Shown here piece after piece: positions 20,734 to 36,992 of a DNA stretch of 64,000 nucleotides (position 1 is its first letter; the number at the start of each line of letters is the position of its first letter). The notes under the pieces were generated by a model that had not been told where the DNA came from, ran no database searches, and was given only the letters and a program-made list of their open reading frames with translations. A program made the translations under genes and the position numbers. The DNA is taken from assembly GCF_054482595.1 (NCBI RefSeq), contig NZ_CM137008.1, one strand, 5' to 3'.

Positions 20734-21285
20734 TCACGGCAATTCCGGCGGCAGCCACTCTTCCACTTCAATCAACACCAGCAACGCCGCATCACCACCG
20801 TACTCTTTCGGCGCCTGGTGAAATGCCATCACATGTGGATGTTGCGCCAGCCACAGCGGCGTTTGCTGTTTCAAAATATGCTTACCATGCCCATGCATCA
20901 CACAGGCACAAAACACATGTTCACGGCGGCAGGCGGCAATCAATGCGCCCAGTTCCTGCTTGGCCTGCAGCTGCGTCAGACCGTGTAAATCCAAAAACAA
21001 TTCCGGCGAATAATCACCGCGTCGCAACTTTTTCGCCTCAAAATGACTCACATCCGGGCGAACATATTTAACCGGACCTTCGGTATTTAATAACGGCTGA
21101 AACTCATCGGAGAAATAATGGCTGGCATCAGCCTGCTCCTGGATCAAGCGTTTCACCGGCACTTCGCTGACTTTTTTACGCTGTGGTCGGTGGACAATCG
21201 TGTCCTGCTTAATCTTGCGAGTCCCCGCCATCAACTGGCGAAACAGAGCCTGGTCCTCCTCGCTAAGTGTTGTTTTCTTTTTCAT
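20734..21285 (-). CDS. smrB: Smr-domain protein (ribosome rescue endonuclease SmrB)
   Basis: 183-aa [21 protein letters not shown]... with C-terminal Smr-like region ([15 protein letters not shown]). Confidence 0.85.
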   Translation of the reverse strand: MKKKTTLSEEDQALFRQLMAGTRKIKQDTIVHRPQRKKVSEVPVKRLIQEQADASHYFSDEFQPLLNTEGPVKYVRPDVSHFEAKKLRRGDYSPELFLDLHGLTQLQAKQELGALIAACRREHVFCACVMHGHGKHILKQQTPLWLAQHPHVMAFHQAPKEYGGDAALLVLIEVEEWLPPELP

Positions 21286-21450
21286 TTATCTGTCTCTATT
21301 TCTAATTTTCCTACAGTTTACCCGACTCGTAGCACAATCGATCGTTTTAAACGTATTTTTCCTCACTCACCGCGCGTGAATGCTGATTTATCGTCATCTT
21401 CATGGCAAACTAGCCGCCGAAATTATTGCGATCATGCCCTGGAGGAATAC

Positions 21451-22383
21451 GTGGATAAAATTTTCGTTGATGAAGCAGTAAATGAGCTGCAAACCATTCA
21501 GGACATGTTGCGCTGGTCGGTAAGCCGCTTCAGCGCGGCAAATATCTGGTACGGTCACGGCACCGATAACCCGTGGGATGAAGCCGTACAGCTGGTGTTA
21601 CCATCGCTCTACCTGCCGCTGGATATCCCGGAAGATATGCGCACCGCGCGTCTGACCTCCAGCGAAAAACACCGTATTGTTGAACGCGTGATCCGCCGCG
21701 TCAACGAGCGCATTCCGGTGGCTTACCTGACCAACAAAGCCTGGTTCTGCGGTCATGAATTTTACGTCGATGAACGCGTGCTGGTACCGCGCTCGCCGAT
21801 TGGTGAACTGATCAACAATAAATTTGCCGGACTCATCAGCAAGCAACCGCAGCATATTTTAGATATGTGTACCGGTAGCGGCTGCATCGCCATTGCCTGT
21901 GCTTATGCCTTCCCGGAAGCGGAAGTCGACGCGGTAGATATCTCTCCCGACGCGCTGGCGGTTGCCGAACAGAACATCGAAGAACACGGTCTGATCCACA
22001 ACGTCATTCCGATTCGTTCCGATCTGTTCCGTGATTTGCCGAAAGTGCAATACGATCTGATTGTCACTAACCCGCCGTATGTCGACGCGGAAGATATGTC
22101 CGACCTGCCAAACGAATACCGTCACGAGCCGGAACTGGGCCTGGCATCTGGCACCGACGGCCTTAAACTGACACGTCGCATTCTTGGAAACGCGGCAGAT
22201 TACCTTGCTGATGATGGCGTGTTGATTTGTGAAGTCGGCAACAGCATGGTACATCTTATGGAACAATATCCGGATGTTCCGTTCACCTGGCTGGAGTTTG
22301 ATAACGGCGGCGATGGTGTGTTTATGCTCACCAAAGAGCAGCTGCTGGCGGCCCGTGAATATTTCGCGATTTATAAAGATTAA
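21451..22383 (+). CDS. prmB: Ribosomal protein L3 glutamine N5-methyltransferase
   Basis: GTG start giving 310 aa ([13 protein letters not shown]...); SAM-binding [10 protein letters not shown] and NPPY motif (VTNPPYV). The ORF-track start at 21118 is an upstream extension. Confidence 0.85.
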   Translation: MDKIFVDEAVNELQTIQDMLRWSVSRFSAANIWYGHGTDNPWDEAVQLVLPSLYLPLDIPEDMRTARLTSSEKHRIVERVIRRVNERIPVAYLTNKAWFCGHEFYVDERVLVPRSPIGELINNKFAGLISKQPQHILDMCTGSGCIAIACAYAFPEAEVDAVDISPDALAVAEQNIEEHGLIHNVIPIRSDLFRDLPKVQYDLIVTNPPYVDAEDMSDLPNEYRHEPELGLASGTDGLKLTRRILGNAADYLADDGVLICEVGNSMVHLMEQYPDVPFTWLEFDNGGDGVFMLTKEQLLAAREYFAIYKD

Positions 22384-22417
22384 GTAAACACGCAAACACA
22401 ACAATAACGGAGCCGTG

Positions 22418-23503
22418 ATGGCTGGAAACACAATTGGACAACTCTTTCGCGTAACCACCTTCGGCGAATCGCATGGGCTGGCGCTCGGCTGCATCGTCGA
22501 TGGTGTTCCGCCAGGCATTCCGCTGACGGAAGCGGACCTGCAACATGACCTCGACCGTCGTCGCCCTGGGACATCGCGCTATACCACCCAGCGCCGCGAG
22601 CCGGATCAGGTCAAAATTCTCTCCGGTGTTTTTGAAGGCGTTACTACCGGCACCAGCATTGGCTTGTTGATCGAAAACACTGACCAGCGCTCTCAGGATT
22701 ACAGCGCAATTAAAGACGTTTTCCGCCCAGGCCATGCTGATTACACCTACGAACAAAAATACGGTCTGCGCGATTATCGCGGCGGTGGACGTTCTTCCGC
22801 CCGCGAAACCGCCATGCGCGTGGCGGCAGGGGCGATTGCCAAAAAATATCTCGCCGAGAAATTTGGTATTGAAATCCGCGGCTGCTTGACCCAGATGGGC
22901 GACATTCCGCTGGAAATCAAAGACTGGTCGCTGGTTGAACAAAATCCGTTCTTCTGCCCGGACCCCGACAAAATCGACGCGTTAGATGAACTGATGCGCG
23001 CGCTGAAAAAAGAGGGCGACTCCATCGGCGCGAAAGTCACCGTTGTTGCCAGTGGTGTCCCCGCCGGACTTGGCGAGCCGGTCTTTGACCGCCTGGATGC
23101 CGACATCGCCCATGCGCTGATGAGCATCAACGCGGTGAAAGGCGTGGAAATTGGCGACGGTTTTGACGTAGTGGCGCTGCGCGGCAGCCAGAACCGCGAC
23201 GAAATCACCAAAGACGGTTTCCAGAGCAACCATGCGGGCGGCATTCTCGGCGGTATCAGCAGCGGGCAGCAAATCATTGCTCATATGGCGCTGAAACCGA
23301 CCTCCAGCATTACCGTGCCGGGGCGCACTATTAACCGCTTTGGCGAAGAAGTTGAGATGATCACCAAAGGCCGTCACGATCCCTGTGTCGGGATCCGTGC
23401 AGTGCCGATCGCTGAAGCGATGCTGGCGATCGTTTTAATGGATCACCTGTTACGGCAGCGGGCGCAAAATGCCGATGTGAAGACTGATATTCCACGCTGG
23501 TAA
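22418..23503 (+). CDS. aroC: Chorismate synthase
   Basis: 361-aa [23 protein letters not shown]... Confidence 0.93.
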
Positions 23504-23506
23504 AAA

Positions 23507-24331
23507 ATGAACAAAACCGCGATTGCGCTGCTGGCTCTGCTTGCCAGTAGCGCTAGCCTGGCAGCGACGCCGTGGCAAAAAATAACCCAACCTGTGCCGG
23601 GTAGCGCACAATCGATAGGCAGTTTTTCTAATGGCTGTATCGTCGGTGCTGACACGCTGCCGATACAGTCCGAACATTATCAGGTCATGCGTACCGATCA
23701 GCGTCGCTATTTCGGTCACCCGGACCTGGTGATGTTTATCCAGCGTCTGAGTAGCCAGGTGAGCAATCTGGGCATGGGTACGGTGCTGATTGGCGATATG
23801 GGGATGCCCGCTGGTGGGCGTTTCAACGGCGGTCATGCCAGCCACCAGACCGGACTGGATGTCGATATCTTTCTGCAACTGCCGAAAACTCGCTGGACCT
23901 CCGCGCAGCTCTTGCGCCCGCAAGCACTGGACTTAGTTTCCCGCGACGGTAAACACGTTGTCTCCACGCTGTGGAAGCCAGAAATTTTCAGCTTGATCAA
24001 ACTCGCCGCCCAGGACAAAGACGTCACGCGCATTTTTGTTAATCCGGCGATTAAACAACAACTTTGCCTTGATGCGGGCACCGATCGCGACTGGTTGCGC
24101 AAAGTGCGACCCTGGTTCCAGCATCGCGCGCATATGCATGTACGATTACGTTGCCCTGCCGATAGTCTGGAGTGTGAAGATCAACCTTTACCGCCACCAG
24201 GCGATGGTTGCGGGGCAGAACTGCAAAGCTGGTTTGAACCTCCAAAACCGGGAACAACAAAGCCTGAGAAGAAGACACCGCCTCCGTTGCCGCCTTCCTG
24301 CCAGGCGCTACTGGATGAGCACGTGATCTAA
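23507..24331 (+). CDS. mepA: Penicillin-insensitive murein endopeptidase
   Basis: 274-aa secreted ORF 3 bp after aroC; stop overlaps the yfcA start. Confidence 0.9.
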   Translation: MNKTAIALLALLASSASLAATPWQKITQPVPGSAQSIGSFSNGCIVGADTLPIQSEHYQVMRTDQRRYFGHPDLVMFIQRLSSQVSNLGMGTVLIGDMGMPAGGRFNGGHASHQTGLDVDIFLQLPKTRWTSAQLLRPQALDLVSRDGKHVVSTLWKPEIFSLIKLAAQDKDVTRIFVNPAIKQQLCLDAGTDRDWLRKVRPWFQHRAHMHVRLRCPADSLECEDQPLPPPGDGCGAELQSWFEPPKPGTTKPEKKTPPPLPPSCQALLDEHVI

Positions 24332-25140
24332 TGGAAACGTTTAATAGCCTGTTTATGGTTTCCCCGCTGTTGCTGGGAGTTCTCTTTTTTGTCGCCATGC
24401 TGGCGGGATTTATCGACTCGATTGCCGGTGGCGGTGGGTTACTCACCATTCCGGCATTGATGGCAGCGGGGATGTCTCCCGCTAATGCGCTGGCAACCAA
24501 TAAACTGCAAGCCTGCGGCGGCTCTATTTCCGCCACTATCTACTTTATTCGCCGCAAAGTGGTTAGTTTAAGCGATCAGAAACTCAATATCGCCATGACC
24601 TTTATCGGCTCAATGAGCGGCGCACTGCTGGTGCAATACGTTCAGGCTGATGTCTTACGGCAGATTTTGCCCATTCTGGTGATTTGTATCGGCCTCTATT
24701 TCTTGCTGATGCCAAAGCTGGGTGAAGAAGACCGCCAGCGCCGGATGTACGGTTTACCCTTCGCGTTAATTGCCGGTGGCTGCGTCGGTTTTTATGATGG
24801 ATTCTTTGGCCCGGCTGCCGGGTCGTTTTACGCGCTGGCCTTCGTTACGCTGTGCGGATTTAACCTCGCCAAAGCCACGGCTCACGCCAAATTGCTCAAC
24901 GCAACGTCAAACATCGGCGGTTTGCTGCTGTTTATTCTCGGCGGCAAAGTTATTTGGGCGACAGGCTTTGTGATGCTGGTGGGGCAGTTCCTCGGCGCGC
25001 GCATGGGTTCAAGACTGGTGTTGAGCAAAGGACAAAAGCTGATCCGCCCGATGATCGTTATCGTCTCGGCGGTGATGAGTGCCAAATTACTTTATGATAG
25101 CCACGGACAGGAGATCCTCCACTGGTTGGGGATGAACTAA
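24331..25140 (+). CDS. yfcA: TauE/SafE-family inner membrane protein
   Basis: 269-aa polytopic membrane ORF, translationally coupled to mepA and epmC. Confidence 0.85.
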   Translation: METFNSLFMVSPLLLGVLFFVAMLAGFIDSIAGGGGLLTIPALMAAGMSPANALATNKLQACGGSISATIYFIRRKVVSLSDQKLNIAMTFIGSMSGALLVQYVQADVLRQILPILVICIGLYFLLMPKLGEEDRQRRMYGLPFALIAGGCVGFYDGFFGPAAGSFYALAFVTLCGFNLAKATAHAKLLNATSNIGGLLLFILGGKVIWATGFVMLVGQFLGARMGSRLVLSKGQKLIRPMIVIVSAVMSAKLLYDSHGQEILHWLGMN

Positions 25141-25688
25141 TGAACAGTACACACCACTATGAGCAGTTAATTGAAATTTTTAATAGCTGCTTTGCCGATG
25201 AATTTAATACCTGTCTAATTAAAGGCGACGACGAACCGATCTATCTTCCCGCTGATGCGGAAGTACCGTATAACCGAATCGTCTTTGCCCACGGCTTTTA
25301 TGCCAGCGCAATTCATGAGATTTCGCACTGGTGTATTGCCGGGAAAGCGCGCCGCGAGCAGGTTGATTTCGGCTACTGGTATTGCCCGGACGGTCGCGAT
25401 GCCCAAACGCAAAGCCAGTTTGAAGATGTTGAAGTGAAGCCGCAGGCGCTTGACTGGTTGTTCTGCGTGGCGGCGGGATATCCGTTTAACGTCAGTTGCG
25501 ACAATCTGGAAGGCGACTTCGAACCGGACCGCGTGGTGTTTCAACGGCGAGTACATGCGCAGGTGATGGATTATCTAACAAATGGCATTCCGGAACGCCC
25601 GGCACGTTTCATTAAAGCACTACAAAATTATTATCACACGCCGGAACTTACGGCGGAACAGTTCCCGTGGCCGGAAGCGCTCAACTGA
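25140..25688 (+). CDS. epmC: Elongation factor P hydroxylase
   Basis: 182-aa ORF MNSTHHYEQLIEIFNSCF...; start overlaps the yfcA stop. Confidence 0.85.
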   Translation: MNSTHHYEQLIEIFNSCFADEFNTCLIKGDDEPIYLPADAEVPYNRIVFAHGFYASAIHEISHWCIAGKARREQVDFGYWYCPDGRDAQTQSQFEDVEVKPQALDWLFCVAAGYPFNVSCDNLEGDFEPDRVVFQRRVHAQVMDYLTNGIPERPARFIKALQNYYHTPELTAEQFPWPEALN

Positions 25689-25721
25689 AGCCAGCGCCAC
25701 GTTTTACAATGAGGAAAGAAG

Positions 25722-26000
25722 ATGATCGCGGAGTTTGAATCACGCATTCTGGCATTAATCGACGGTATGGTTGACCATGCCAGTGATGATGAGTTGTTTG
25801 CCAGTGGGTATTTGCGTGGCCACCTGACATTAGCCATCGCAGAACTGGAAAGTGGTGATGACCACTCCGCTCAGGCGGTGCATACGACCGTTAGCCAGAG
25901 TCTGGAAAAAGCCATTGGTGCTGGTGAATTGTCGCCGCGTGACCAGGCGCTGGTGACCGATATGTGGGAAAACCTGTTTCAGCAGGCGTCACAGCAGTAA
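25722..26000 (+). CDS. yfcL: Small uncharacterized protein YfcL
   Basis: 92-aa ORF with ribosome-binding site; last gene of the aroC cluster. Confidence 0.8.
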
Positions 26001-26006
26001 GTTGCG

Positions 26007-26107
<101 letters not shown>

Positions 26108-26120
26108 ATGCCAAAGCTGG

Positions 26121-28193
<2,073 letters not shown>

Positions 28194-28204
28194 CTATTAA
28201 TTGG

Positions 28205-28238
28205 CTGATCGGACTTGTTCGGCGTACAAGTGTACGCT
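28205..28238 (+). promoter_or_regulatory. fabB promoter operators: FadR box (GCTGATCGGACTTGTTC) adjoining FabR palindrome (GGCGTACAAGTGTACGCT)
   Basis: Both motifs read directly about 50–80 bp upstream of the fabB ATG. Confidence 0.6.
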
Positions 28239-28285
28239 ATTGTGCATTCGAAACTTACTCTATGTGCGACTTACAGAGGTATTGA

Positions 28286-29506
28286 ATGAAACGTGCAGTG
28301 ATTACTGGCCTGGGCATTGTTTCCAGCATCGGTAATAACCAGCAGGAAGTCCTGGCATCTCTGCGTGAAGGACGTTCAGGGATCACTTTCTCTCAGGAGC
28401 TGAAGGATTCCGGCATGCGTAGCCACGTCTGGGGCAACGTAAAACTGGATACCACTGGCCTCATTGACCGCAAAGTTGTGCGCTTTATGAGCGACGCATC
28501 CATTTATGCATTCCTTTCTATGGAGCAGGCAATCGCAGATGCGGGCCTTTCTCCGGAAGCTTACCAGAATAACCCGCGCGTTGGCCTGATTGCAGGTTCC
28601 GGCGGCGGCTCCCCGCGTTTCCAGGTGTTCGGCGCTGACGCAATGCGCGGTCCGCGCGGCCTGAAAGCGGTTGGCCCATATGTGGTCACCAAAGCGATGG
28701 CATCCGGCGTTTCTGCCTGTCTCGCCACGCCGTTTAAAATTCATGGCGTTAACTACTCCATCAGCTCCGCGTGTGCGACTTCCGCACACTGTATCGGTAA
28801 CGCAGTAGAGCAGATCCAACTGGGCAAACAGGACATCGTGTTTGCTGGCGGCGGCGAAGAGCTGTGCTGGGAAATGGCTTGCGAATTCGACGCAATGGGT
28901 GCGCTGTCTACTAAATACAACGACACCCCGGAAAAAGCCTCCCGTACTTACGATGCTCACCGTGACGGTTTCGTTATCGCTGGCGGCGGCGGTATGGTGG
29001 TGGTTGAAGAGCTGGAACACGCGCTGGCGCGTGGTGCTCATATCTATGCTGAAATCGTTGGCTACGGCGCAACGTCTGATGGCGCAGACATGGTTGCTCC
29101 GTCTGGCGAAGGCGCAGTACGCTGCATGAAGATGGCGATGCATGGCGTTGATACCCCAATCGATTACCTGAACTCCCACGGTACTTCGACTCCGGTTGGC
29201 GACGTGAAAGAGCTGGCAGCTATCCGTGAAGTGTTCGGCGATAAGAGCCCGGCGATTTCTGCAACCAAAGCCATGACCGGTCACTCTCTGGGCGCTGCTG
29301 GCGTACAGGAAGCTATCTACTCTCTGCTGATGCTGGAACACGGCTTTATCGCCCCGAGCATCAACATTGAAGAGCTGGACGAGCAGGCTGCGGGTCTGAA
29401 CATCGTGACCGAAACGACCGATCGCGAACTGACCACTGTTATGTCTAACAGTTTCGGCTTCGGCGGCACCAACGCCACGCTGGTAATGCGCAAGCTGAAA
29501 GATTAA
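28286..29506 (+). CDS. fabB: 3-oxoacyl-ACP synthase I (KAS I)
   Basis: 406-aa [21 protein letters not shown]...; active-site Cys in the SSACATS context. Confidence 0.95.
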
Positions 29507-29509
29507 TTC

Positions 29510-29620
29510 GCAGTAGGTCGGAGTAGTCGGAGTAGGTCGGATAAGACGCGCCAGCGTCGCATCCGACATTACGCGCCAGCGTCGCATCCGACGTTACGCG
29601 CCAATGCGGCCTCCGGCACT
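29510..29620. repeat. REP/BIME cluster
   Basis: Repeated GTAGGTCGGA and GCGCCAGCGTCGCATCCGAC units after fabB. Confidence 0.8.
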
Positions 29621-29811
29621 AACGCCAAAGGGAACCTGATGGTTCCCTTTTTCACATCATTGACAATCGCCGCCTGTACCAGGCAAACTTCCCGCTTTGT
29701 CGATTTCCTTCTGAAAAGACGTACGCGTTAATTCCTGCCAACGCACCGTAACCCTGAAACCAGAGAGATGAGACGGGGATACTCCTCGCCTTGCGCTGCA
29801 TTCTGGAGTAA

Positions 29812-31985
<2,174 letters not shown>

Positions 31986-32083
31986 TACGTATCCTTATAC
32001 CTGAAATCTTCGCAAGTATGCCTGGCCGCGAGATTATGGCACACTTGTCCGGTTAACTCTCGTCTCATACAGGTAACACAAAC

Positions 32084-33220
32084 GTGAAAATCCTTGTTGA
32101 TGAAAATATGCCTTATGCCCGCGACTTATTTAGCCGTTTGGGTGAGGTGACCGCGGTTCCCGGGCGTCCAATCCCCGTCGCTCAACTGGCAGACGCGGAT
32201 GCGCTGATGGTGCGTTCGGTCACGAAAGTGAATGAATCTTTGCTGGCAGGAAAACCCATTAAATTTGTTGGCACTGCCACTGCGGGGACCGACCATGTCG
32301 ATGAAGCATGGTTGAAGCAGGCGGGAATTGGTTTTTCCGCTGCACCTGGCTGTAATGCGATTGCGGTGGTGGAATATGTTTTCTCCTCCCTGCTGATGCT
32401 TGCCGAACGCGATGGATTTTCACTGCACGAGCGTACCGTGGGGATCGTAGGCGTTGGTAACGTTGGTCGACGTTTACAGGCACGACTGGAAGCGTTAGGG
32501 ATTAAAACCTTACTTTGCGATCCGCCTCGCGCCGACCGTGGGGATGAGGGTGATTTCCGCTCGCTGGATGAATTAGTTCAGCATGCGGATATTCTGACTT
32601 TCCATACGCCACTCTTCAAAGACGGGCCGTACAAAACGCTGCATCTGGCGGATGAAAAACTGATCCGTAACCTGAAGCCCGGAGCGATTCTGATTAACGC
32701 CTGCCGTGGCGCAGTCGTCGATAATACCGCGCTGCTGACCTGCCTGAATGAAGGCCAGAAGTTAAGCGTGGTGCTGGATGTCTGGGAAGGCGAGCCGGAA
32801 CTAAATGTGGAATTGCTGACAAAAGTGGATATCGGCACGCCGCATATTGCAGGCTATACCCTGGAAGGTAAAGCACGCGGTACTACGCAAGTGTTTGAAG
32901 CCTATAGCAAGTTTATTGGGCATGAACAGCACGTTGCGCTGGATACATTACTGCCCGCGCCAGAGTTTGGTCGCATTACGCTGCATGGCCCGCTCGATCA
33001 ACCGACGCTGAAAAGGCTGGTGCATTTGGTGTATGATGTGCGCCGCGATGACGCACCGCTGCGTAAAGTCGCCGGGATACCGGGTGAGTTCGATAAACTG
33101 CGCAAAAACTATCTTGAGCGCCGTGAATGGTCATCTCTGTATGTAATTTGTGATGACGCCAGTGCGGCATCATTGCTGTGTAAACTGGGTTTTAACGCCG
33201 TTCATCATCCGGCACGTTAA
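32084..33220 (+). CDS. pdxB: Erythronate-4-phosphate dehydrogenase
   Basis: 378-aa [19 protein letters not shown]...; NAD-binding GIVGVGNVG motif. Confidence 0.93.
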   Translation: MKILVDENMPYARDLFSRLGEVTAVPGRPIPVAQLADADALMVRSVTKVNESLLAGKPIKFVGTATAGTDHVDEAWLKQAGIGFSAAPGCNAIAVVEYVFSSLLMLAERDGFSLHERTVGIVGVGNVGRRLQARLEALGIKTLLCDPPRADRGDEGDFRSLDELVQHADILTFHTPLFKDGPYKTLHLADEKLIRNLKPGAILINACRGAVVDNTALLTCLNEGQKLSVVLDVWEGEPELNVELLTKVDIGTPHIAGYTLEGKARGTTQVFEAYSKFIGHEQHVALDTLLPAPEFGRITLHGPLDQPTLKRLVHLVYDVRRDDAPLRKVAGIPGEFDKLRKNYLERREWSSLYVICDDASAASLLCKLGFNAVHHPAR

Positions 33221-33285
33221 TCTCTTCTTCATGCTCTCTGCTGTAACATTGGCAGGGAGCTTTGCTATTTCTGGAGTAAACCACC

Positions 33286-34299
33286 ATGTCTGAAGGCTGG
33301 AACATTGCCGTCCTGGGCGCAACTGGCGCTGTGGGCGAAGCCCTGCTTGAAACGCTGGCTGAACGTCAGTTCCCGGTTGGGGAAATTTATGCACTGGCAC
33401 GTAACGAAAGCGCAGGCGAACAACTGCGCTTTGGTGGTAAGACAATCACCGTGCAGGATGCTGCTGAATTCGACTGGACGCAGGCGCAGCTGGCATTTTT
33501 TGTCGCAGGCAAAGAAGCTACCGCAGCCTGGGTTGAAGAAGCGACCAACTCAGGTTGCCTGGTGATCGACAGCAGCGGATTGTTTGCTCTCGAACCCGAC
33601 GTACCGCTGGTGGTGCCGGAAGTAAACCCGTTTGTACTGACCGATTACCGCAACCGGAATGTCATCGCCGTACCGGACAGTCTGACCAGCCAGCTGCTGG
33701 CGGCACTGAAACCGTTAATCGATCAGGGCGGTTTATCACGTATCAGCGTTACCAGCCTGATTTCAGCCTCCGCCCAGGGCAAAAAAGCGGTCGATGCGTT
33801 AGCGGGGCAGAGTGCTAAATTGCTCAACGGCATTCCGATTGACGAAGAAGATTTCTTCGGGCGTCAGCTGGCGTTCAACATGCTGCCGTTACTGCCGGAT
33901 AGCGAAGGTAGCGTGCGTGAAGAACGTCGTATCGTTGACGAAGTACGCAAAATCCTGCAGGACGAAGGACTGATGATTTCGGCAAGCGTCGTCCAGGCAC
34001 CGGTATTCTACGGTCATGCCCAGATGGTCAACTTTGAAGCACTGCGTCCGCTGGCGGCAGAAGAAGCGCGTGATGCGTTTGCTCAAGGCGAAGATATTGT
34101 GCTCTCTGAAGAGAACGAATTCCCAACTCAGGTAGGTGATGCTTCTGGTACGCCGCATCTTTCTGTTGGCTGCGTGCGTAATGACTACGGTATGCCGGAG
34201 CAAGTCCAGTTCTGGTCGGTGGCCGATAACGTTCGCTTTGGCGGCGCGCTGATGGCAGTAAAAATCGCCGAGAAACTGGTGCAGGAGTATCTGTACTAA
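33286..34299 (+). CDS. usg: USG-1 protein (aspartate-semialdehyde dehydrogenase homologue)
   Basis: 337-aa ORF with N-terminal Rossmann motif [11 protein letters not shown]; stop overlaps the truA start. Confidence 0.88.
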
Positions 34300-35111
34300 T
34301 GTCCGACCAGCAACAACCGCCAGTTTATAAAATTGCGCTGGGCATTGAGTACGACGGCAGTAGGTATTACGGCTGGCAACGGCAGAATGAAGTCCGCAGT
34401 GTGCAGGAGAAGCTGGAAAAGGCGCTCTCTCAGGTGGCGAACGAACCCATCACCGTCTTCTGCGCCGGGCGTACTGACGCCGGTGTACACGGTACCGGGC
34501 AGGTGGTGCATTTCGAAACTACCGCGCAGCGCAAAGACGCTGCGTGGACGTTGGGCGTAAATGCGAATTTACCTGGTGACATCGCCGTGCGTTGGGTTAA
34601 AGCTGTACCTGATGATTTTCATGCCCGATTTAGCGCCACGGCTCGCCGTTATCGCTACATCATCTACAATCATCGGCTGCGCCCGGCGGTACTGAGTAAA
34701 GGGGTAACCCATTTTTACGAACCGCTGGACGCTGAACGGATGCATCGGGCTGCGCAATGCTTGCTGGGCGAGAATGATTTCACCTCGTTCCGTGCGGTGC
34801 AGTGCCAGTCCCGAACCCCGTGGCGCAACGTTATGCATATTAATGTCACGCGTCACGGTCCTTATGTGGTGGTAGATATCAAAGCGAATGCCTTTGTACA
34901 TCATATGGTCAGGAATATTGTCGGCAGCCTGATGGAAGTCGGTGCCCACAACCAGCCGGAGAGCTGGATAGCAGAGTTGCTGGCGGCAAAGGACAGAACG
35001 CTGGCGGCAGCAACGGCAAAAGCGGAAGGGCTGTATCTGGTCGCGGTGGATTACCCTGACCGGTATGATCTTCCAAAACCGCCAATGGGCCCGCTATTTC
35101 TGGCGGACTAA
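34299..35111 (+). CDS. truA: tRNA pseudouridine(38-40) synthase
   Basis: 270-aa ORF; catalytic Asp in GRTDAGVH motif. Confidence 0.92.
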
Positions 35112-35193
35112 CGAGAATAACGCTCGTAACATTTCAGGCTGTAGCCAACGTAGTTACAGCCTGAAAGATGACGAGTACAAGGCATAGGCAAAT

Positions 35194-35853
35194 ATGGACC
35201 TGATTTATTTCCTCATCGATTTTATCCTGCACATTGACGTGCATCTGGCAGAGCTGGTCGCGGAGTACGGCGTCTGGGTTTATGCCATTCTGTTTTTGAT
35301 TCTGTTCTGCGAAACGGGGCTGGTGGTAACGCCATTCCTGCCTGGTGATTCGCTGCTGTTTGTTGCTGGTGCATTGGCGTCGCTGGAAACTAACGATCTC
35401 AATGTCCATATGATGGTGGTGCTTATGTTGATTGCCGCTATTGTCGGTGATGCAGTGAACTATACCATTGGACGGTTATTTGGTGACAAACTGTTCAGTA
35501 ACCCGGATTCGAAAATCTTTCGTCGCAGTTATCTTGATAAGACTCATCAGTTTTACGAGAGACATGGCGGCAAAACGATTATTCTCGCCCGTTTTGTACC
35601 GATCGTCAGAACGTTCGCGCCGTTTGTTGCGGGAATGGGCCACATGTCGTACCGTCATTTCGCCGCTTATAACGTGATCGGCGCACTGTTGTGGGTACTG
35701 ATTTTTACCTACGCGGGTTATTTCTTCGGCACGCTCCCCTTCATTCAGAGCAACCTTAAGCTGATGATTGTTGGCATTATTTTTGTTTCAATATTGCCTG
35801 GGGTTTTCGAATTTATTCGTCACAAACGCGCTGCGGCACGCGCCGCAAAATAA
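35194..35853 (+). CDS. dedA: DedA-family inner membrane protein
   Basis: 219-aa membrane ORF. Confidence 0.88.
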   Translation: MDLIYFLIDFILHIDVHLAELVAEYGVWVYAILFLILFCETGLVVTPFLPGDSLLFVAGALASLETNDLNVHMMVVLMLIAAIVGDAVNYTIGRLFGDKLFSNPDSKIFRRSYLDKTHQFYERHGGKTIILARFVPIVRTFAPFVAGMGHMSYRHFAAYNVIGALLWVLIFTYAGYFFGTLPFIQSNLKLMIVGIIFVSILPGVFEFIRHKRAAARAAK

Positions 35854-36008
35854 AAAGTAACTCCGCGGTTCGACCACTTTTTTATCCAAAGTTTCGGGCT
35901 GTTATGTTTTAATGTGCAACATTCATGGTCTGTTGGGGGCAAAAATGGCATTATGCGTCCCCAAAGATAAAACTGGCATCGAACCAGGTTCAGACAGAAA
36001 GGTCCCTA

Positions 36009-36923
36009 ATGAGCTGGATTGAACGAATTAAAAGCAACATTACTCCCACCCGCAAGGCGAGCATTCCTGAAGGGGTGTGGACTAAGTGTGATAGCTGCGG
36101 TCAGGTTTTATACCGCGCTGAGCTGGAACGTAATCTTGAGGTCTGTCCGAAGTGTGACCATCACATGCGTATGACAGCGCGTAATCGCCTGCATAGCCTG
36201 TTAGATGAAGGAAGCCTTGTGGAGCTGGGTAGCGAGCTTGAGCCGAAAGATGTGCTGAAGTTTCGTGACTCCAAGAAGTATAAAGACCGTCTGGCTTCTG
36301 CGCAGAAAGAAACCGGCGAAAAAGATGCGCTGGTGGTGATGAAAGGCACTCTGTATGGAATGCCGGTTGTCGCTGCGGCATTCGAGTTCGCCTTTATGGG
36401 CGGTTCAATGGGGTCTGTTGTGGGTGCACGTTTCGTGCGTGCCGTTGAGCAGGCGCTGGAAGATAACTGCCCGCTGATCTGCTTCTCCGCCTCTGGTGGC
36501 GCACGTATGCAGGAAGCACTGATGTCGCTGATGCAGATGGCGAAAACCTCTGCGGCACTGGCAAAAATGCAGGAGCGCGGCTTGCCGTACATCTCCGTGC
36601 TGACCGACCCGACGATGGGCGGTGTTTCTGCAAGTTTCGCCATGCTGGGCGATCTCAACATCGCTGAACCGAAAGCGTTAATTGGCTTTGCCGGTCCGCG
36701 TGTTATCGAACAGACCGTTCGCGAAAAACTGCCGCCAGGATTCCAGCGCAGTGAATTCCTGATCGAGAAAGGCGCCATCGACATGATCGTCCGTCGTCCG
36801 GAAATGCGCCTGAAACTGGCGAGCATTCTGGCGAAGTTGATGAATCTGCCAGCGCCGAATCCTGAAGCGCCGCGTGAAGGCGTAGTGGTACCCCCGGTAC
36901 CGGATCAGGAACCTGAGGCCTGA
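36009..36923 (+). CDS. accD: Acetyl-CoA carboxylase carboxyltransferase beta subunit
   Basis: 304 aa from [11 protein letters not shown]...; N-terminal zinc ribbon CDSCGQ...CPKCDHH. The ORF-track start at 35925 is an upstream extension. Confidence 0.92.
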
Positions 36924-36932
36924 TAACTGATA

Positions 36933-36962
36933 AGGGCAGGGCCACTGGCTCTGCCCTTTTGC
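36933..36962 (+). terminator. Hairpin plus T-tract after accD
   Basis: AGGGCAG-gccactggct-CTGCCCT-TTTGC. Confidence 0.5.
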
Positions 36963-36992
36963 TATTCTCACCGTAACGAATCAGCGGATACC

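Noticed and set aside
21118-21450. Upstream extension of prmB in the ORF track (421 aa)
   Set aside because: The extension overlaps the smrB coding region on the opposite strand; the GTG at 21451 gives the expected methyltransferase length.
21859-22942. 219-aa and 204-aa minus-strand ORFs
   Set aside because: Antisense to prmB and aroC respectively.
28376-29587. 403-aa minus-strand ORF
   Set aside because: Antisense shadow ORF of fabB.
36161-36826. 221-aa minus-strand ORF
   Set aside because: Antisense to accD.
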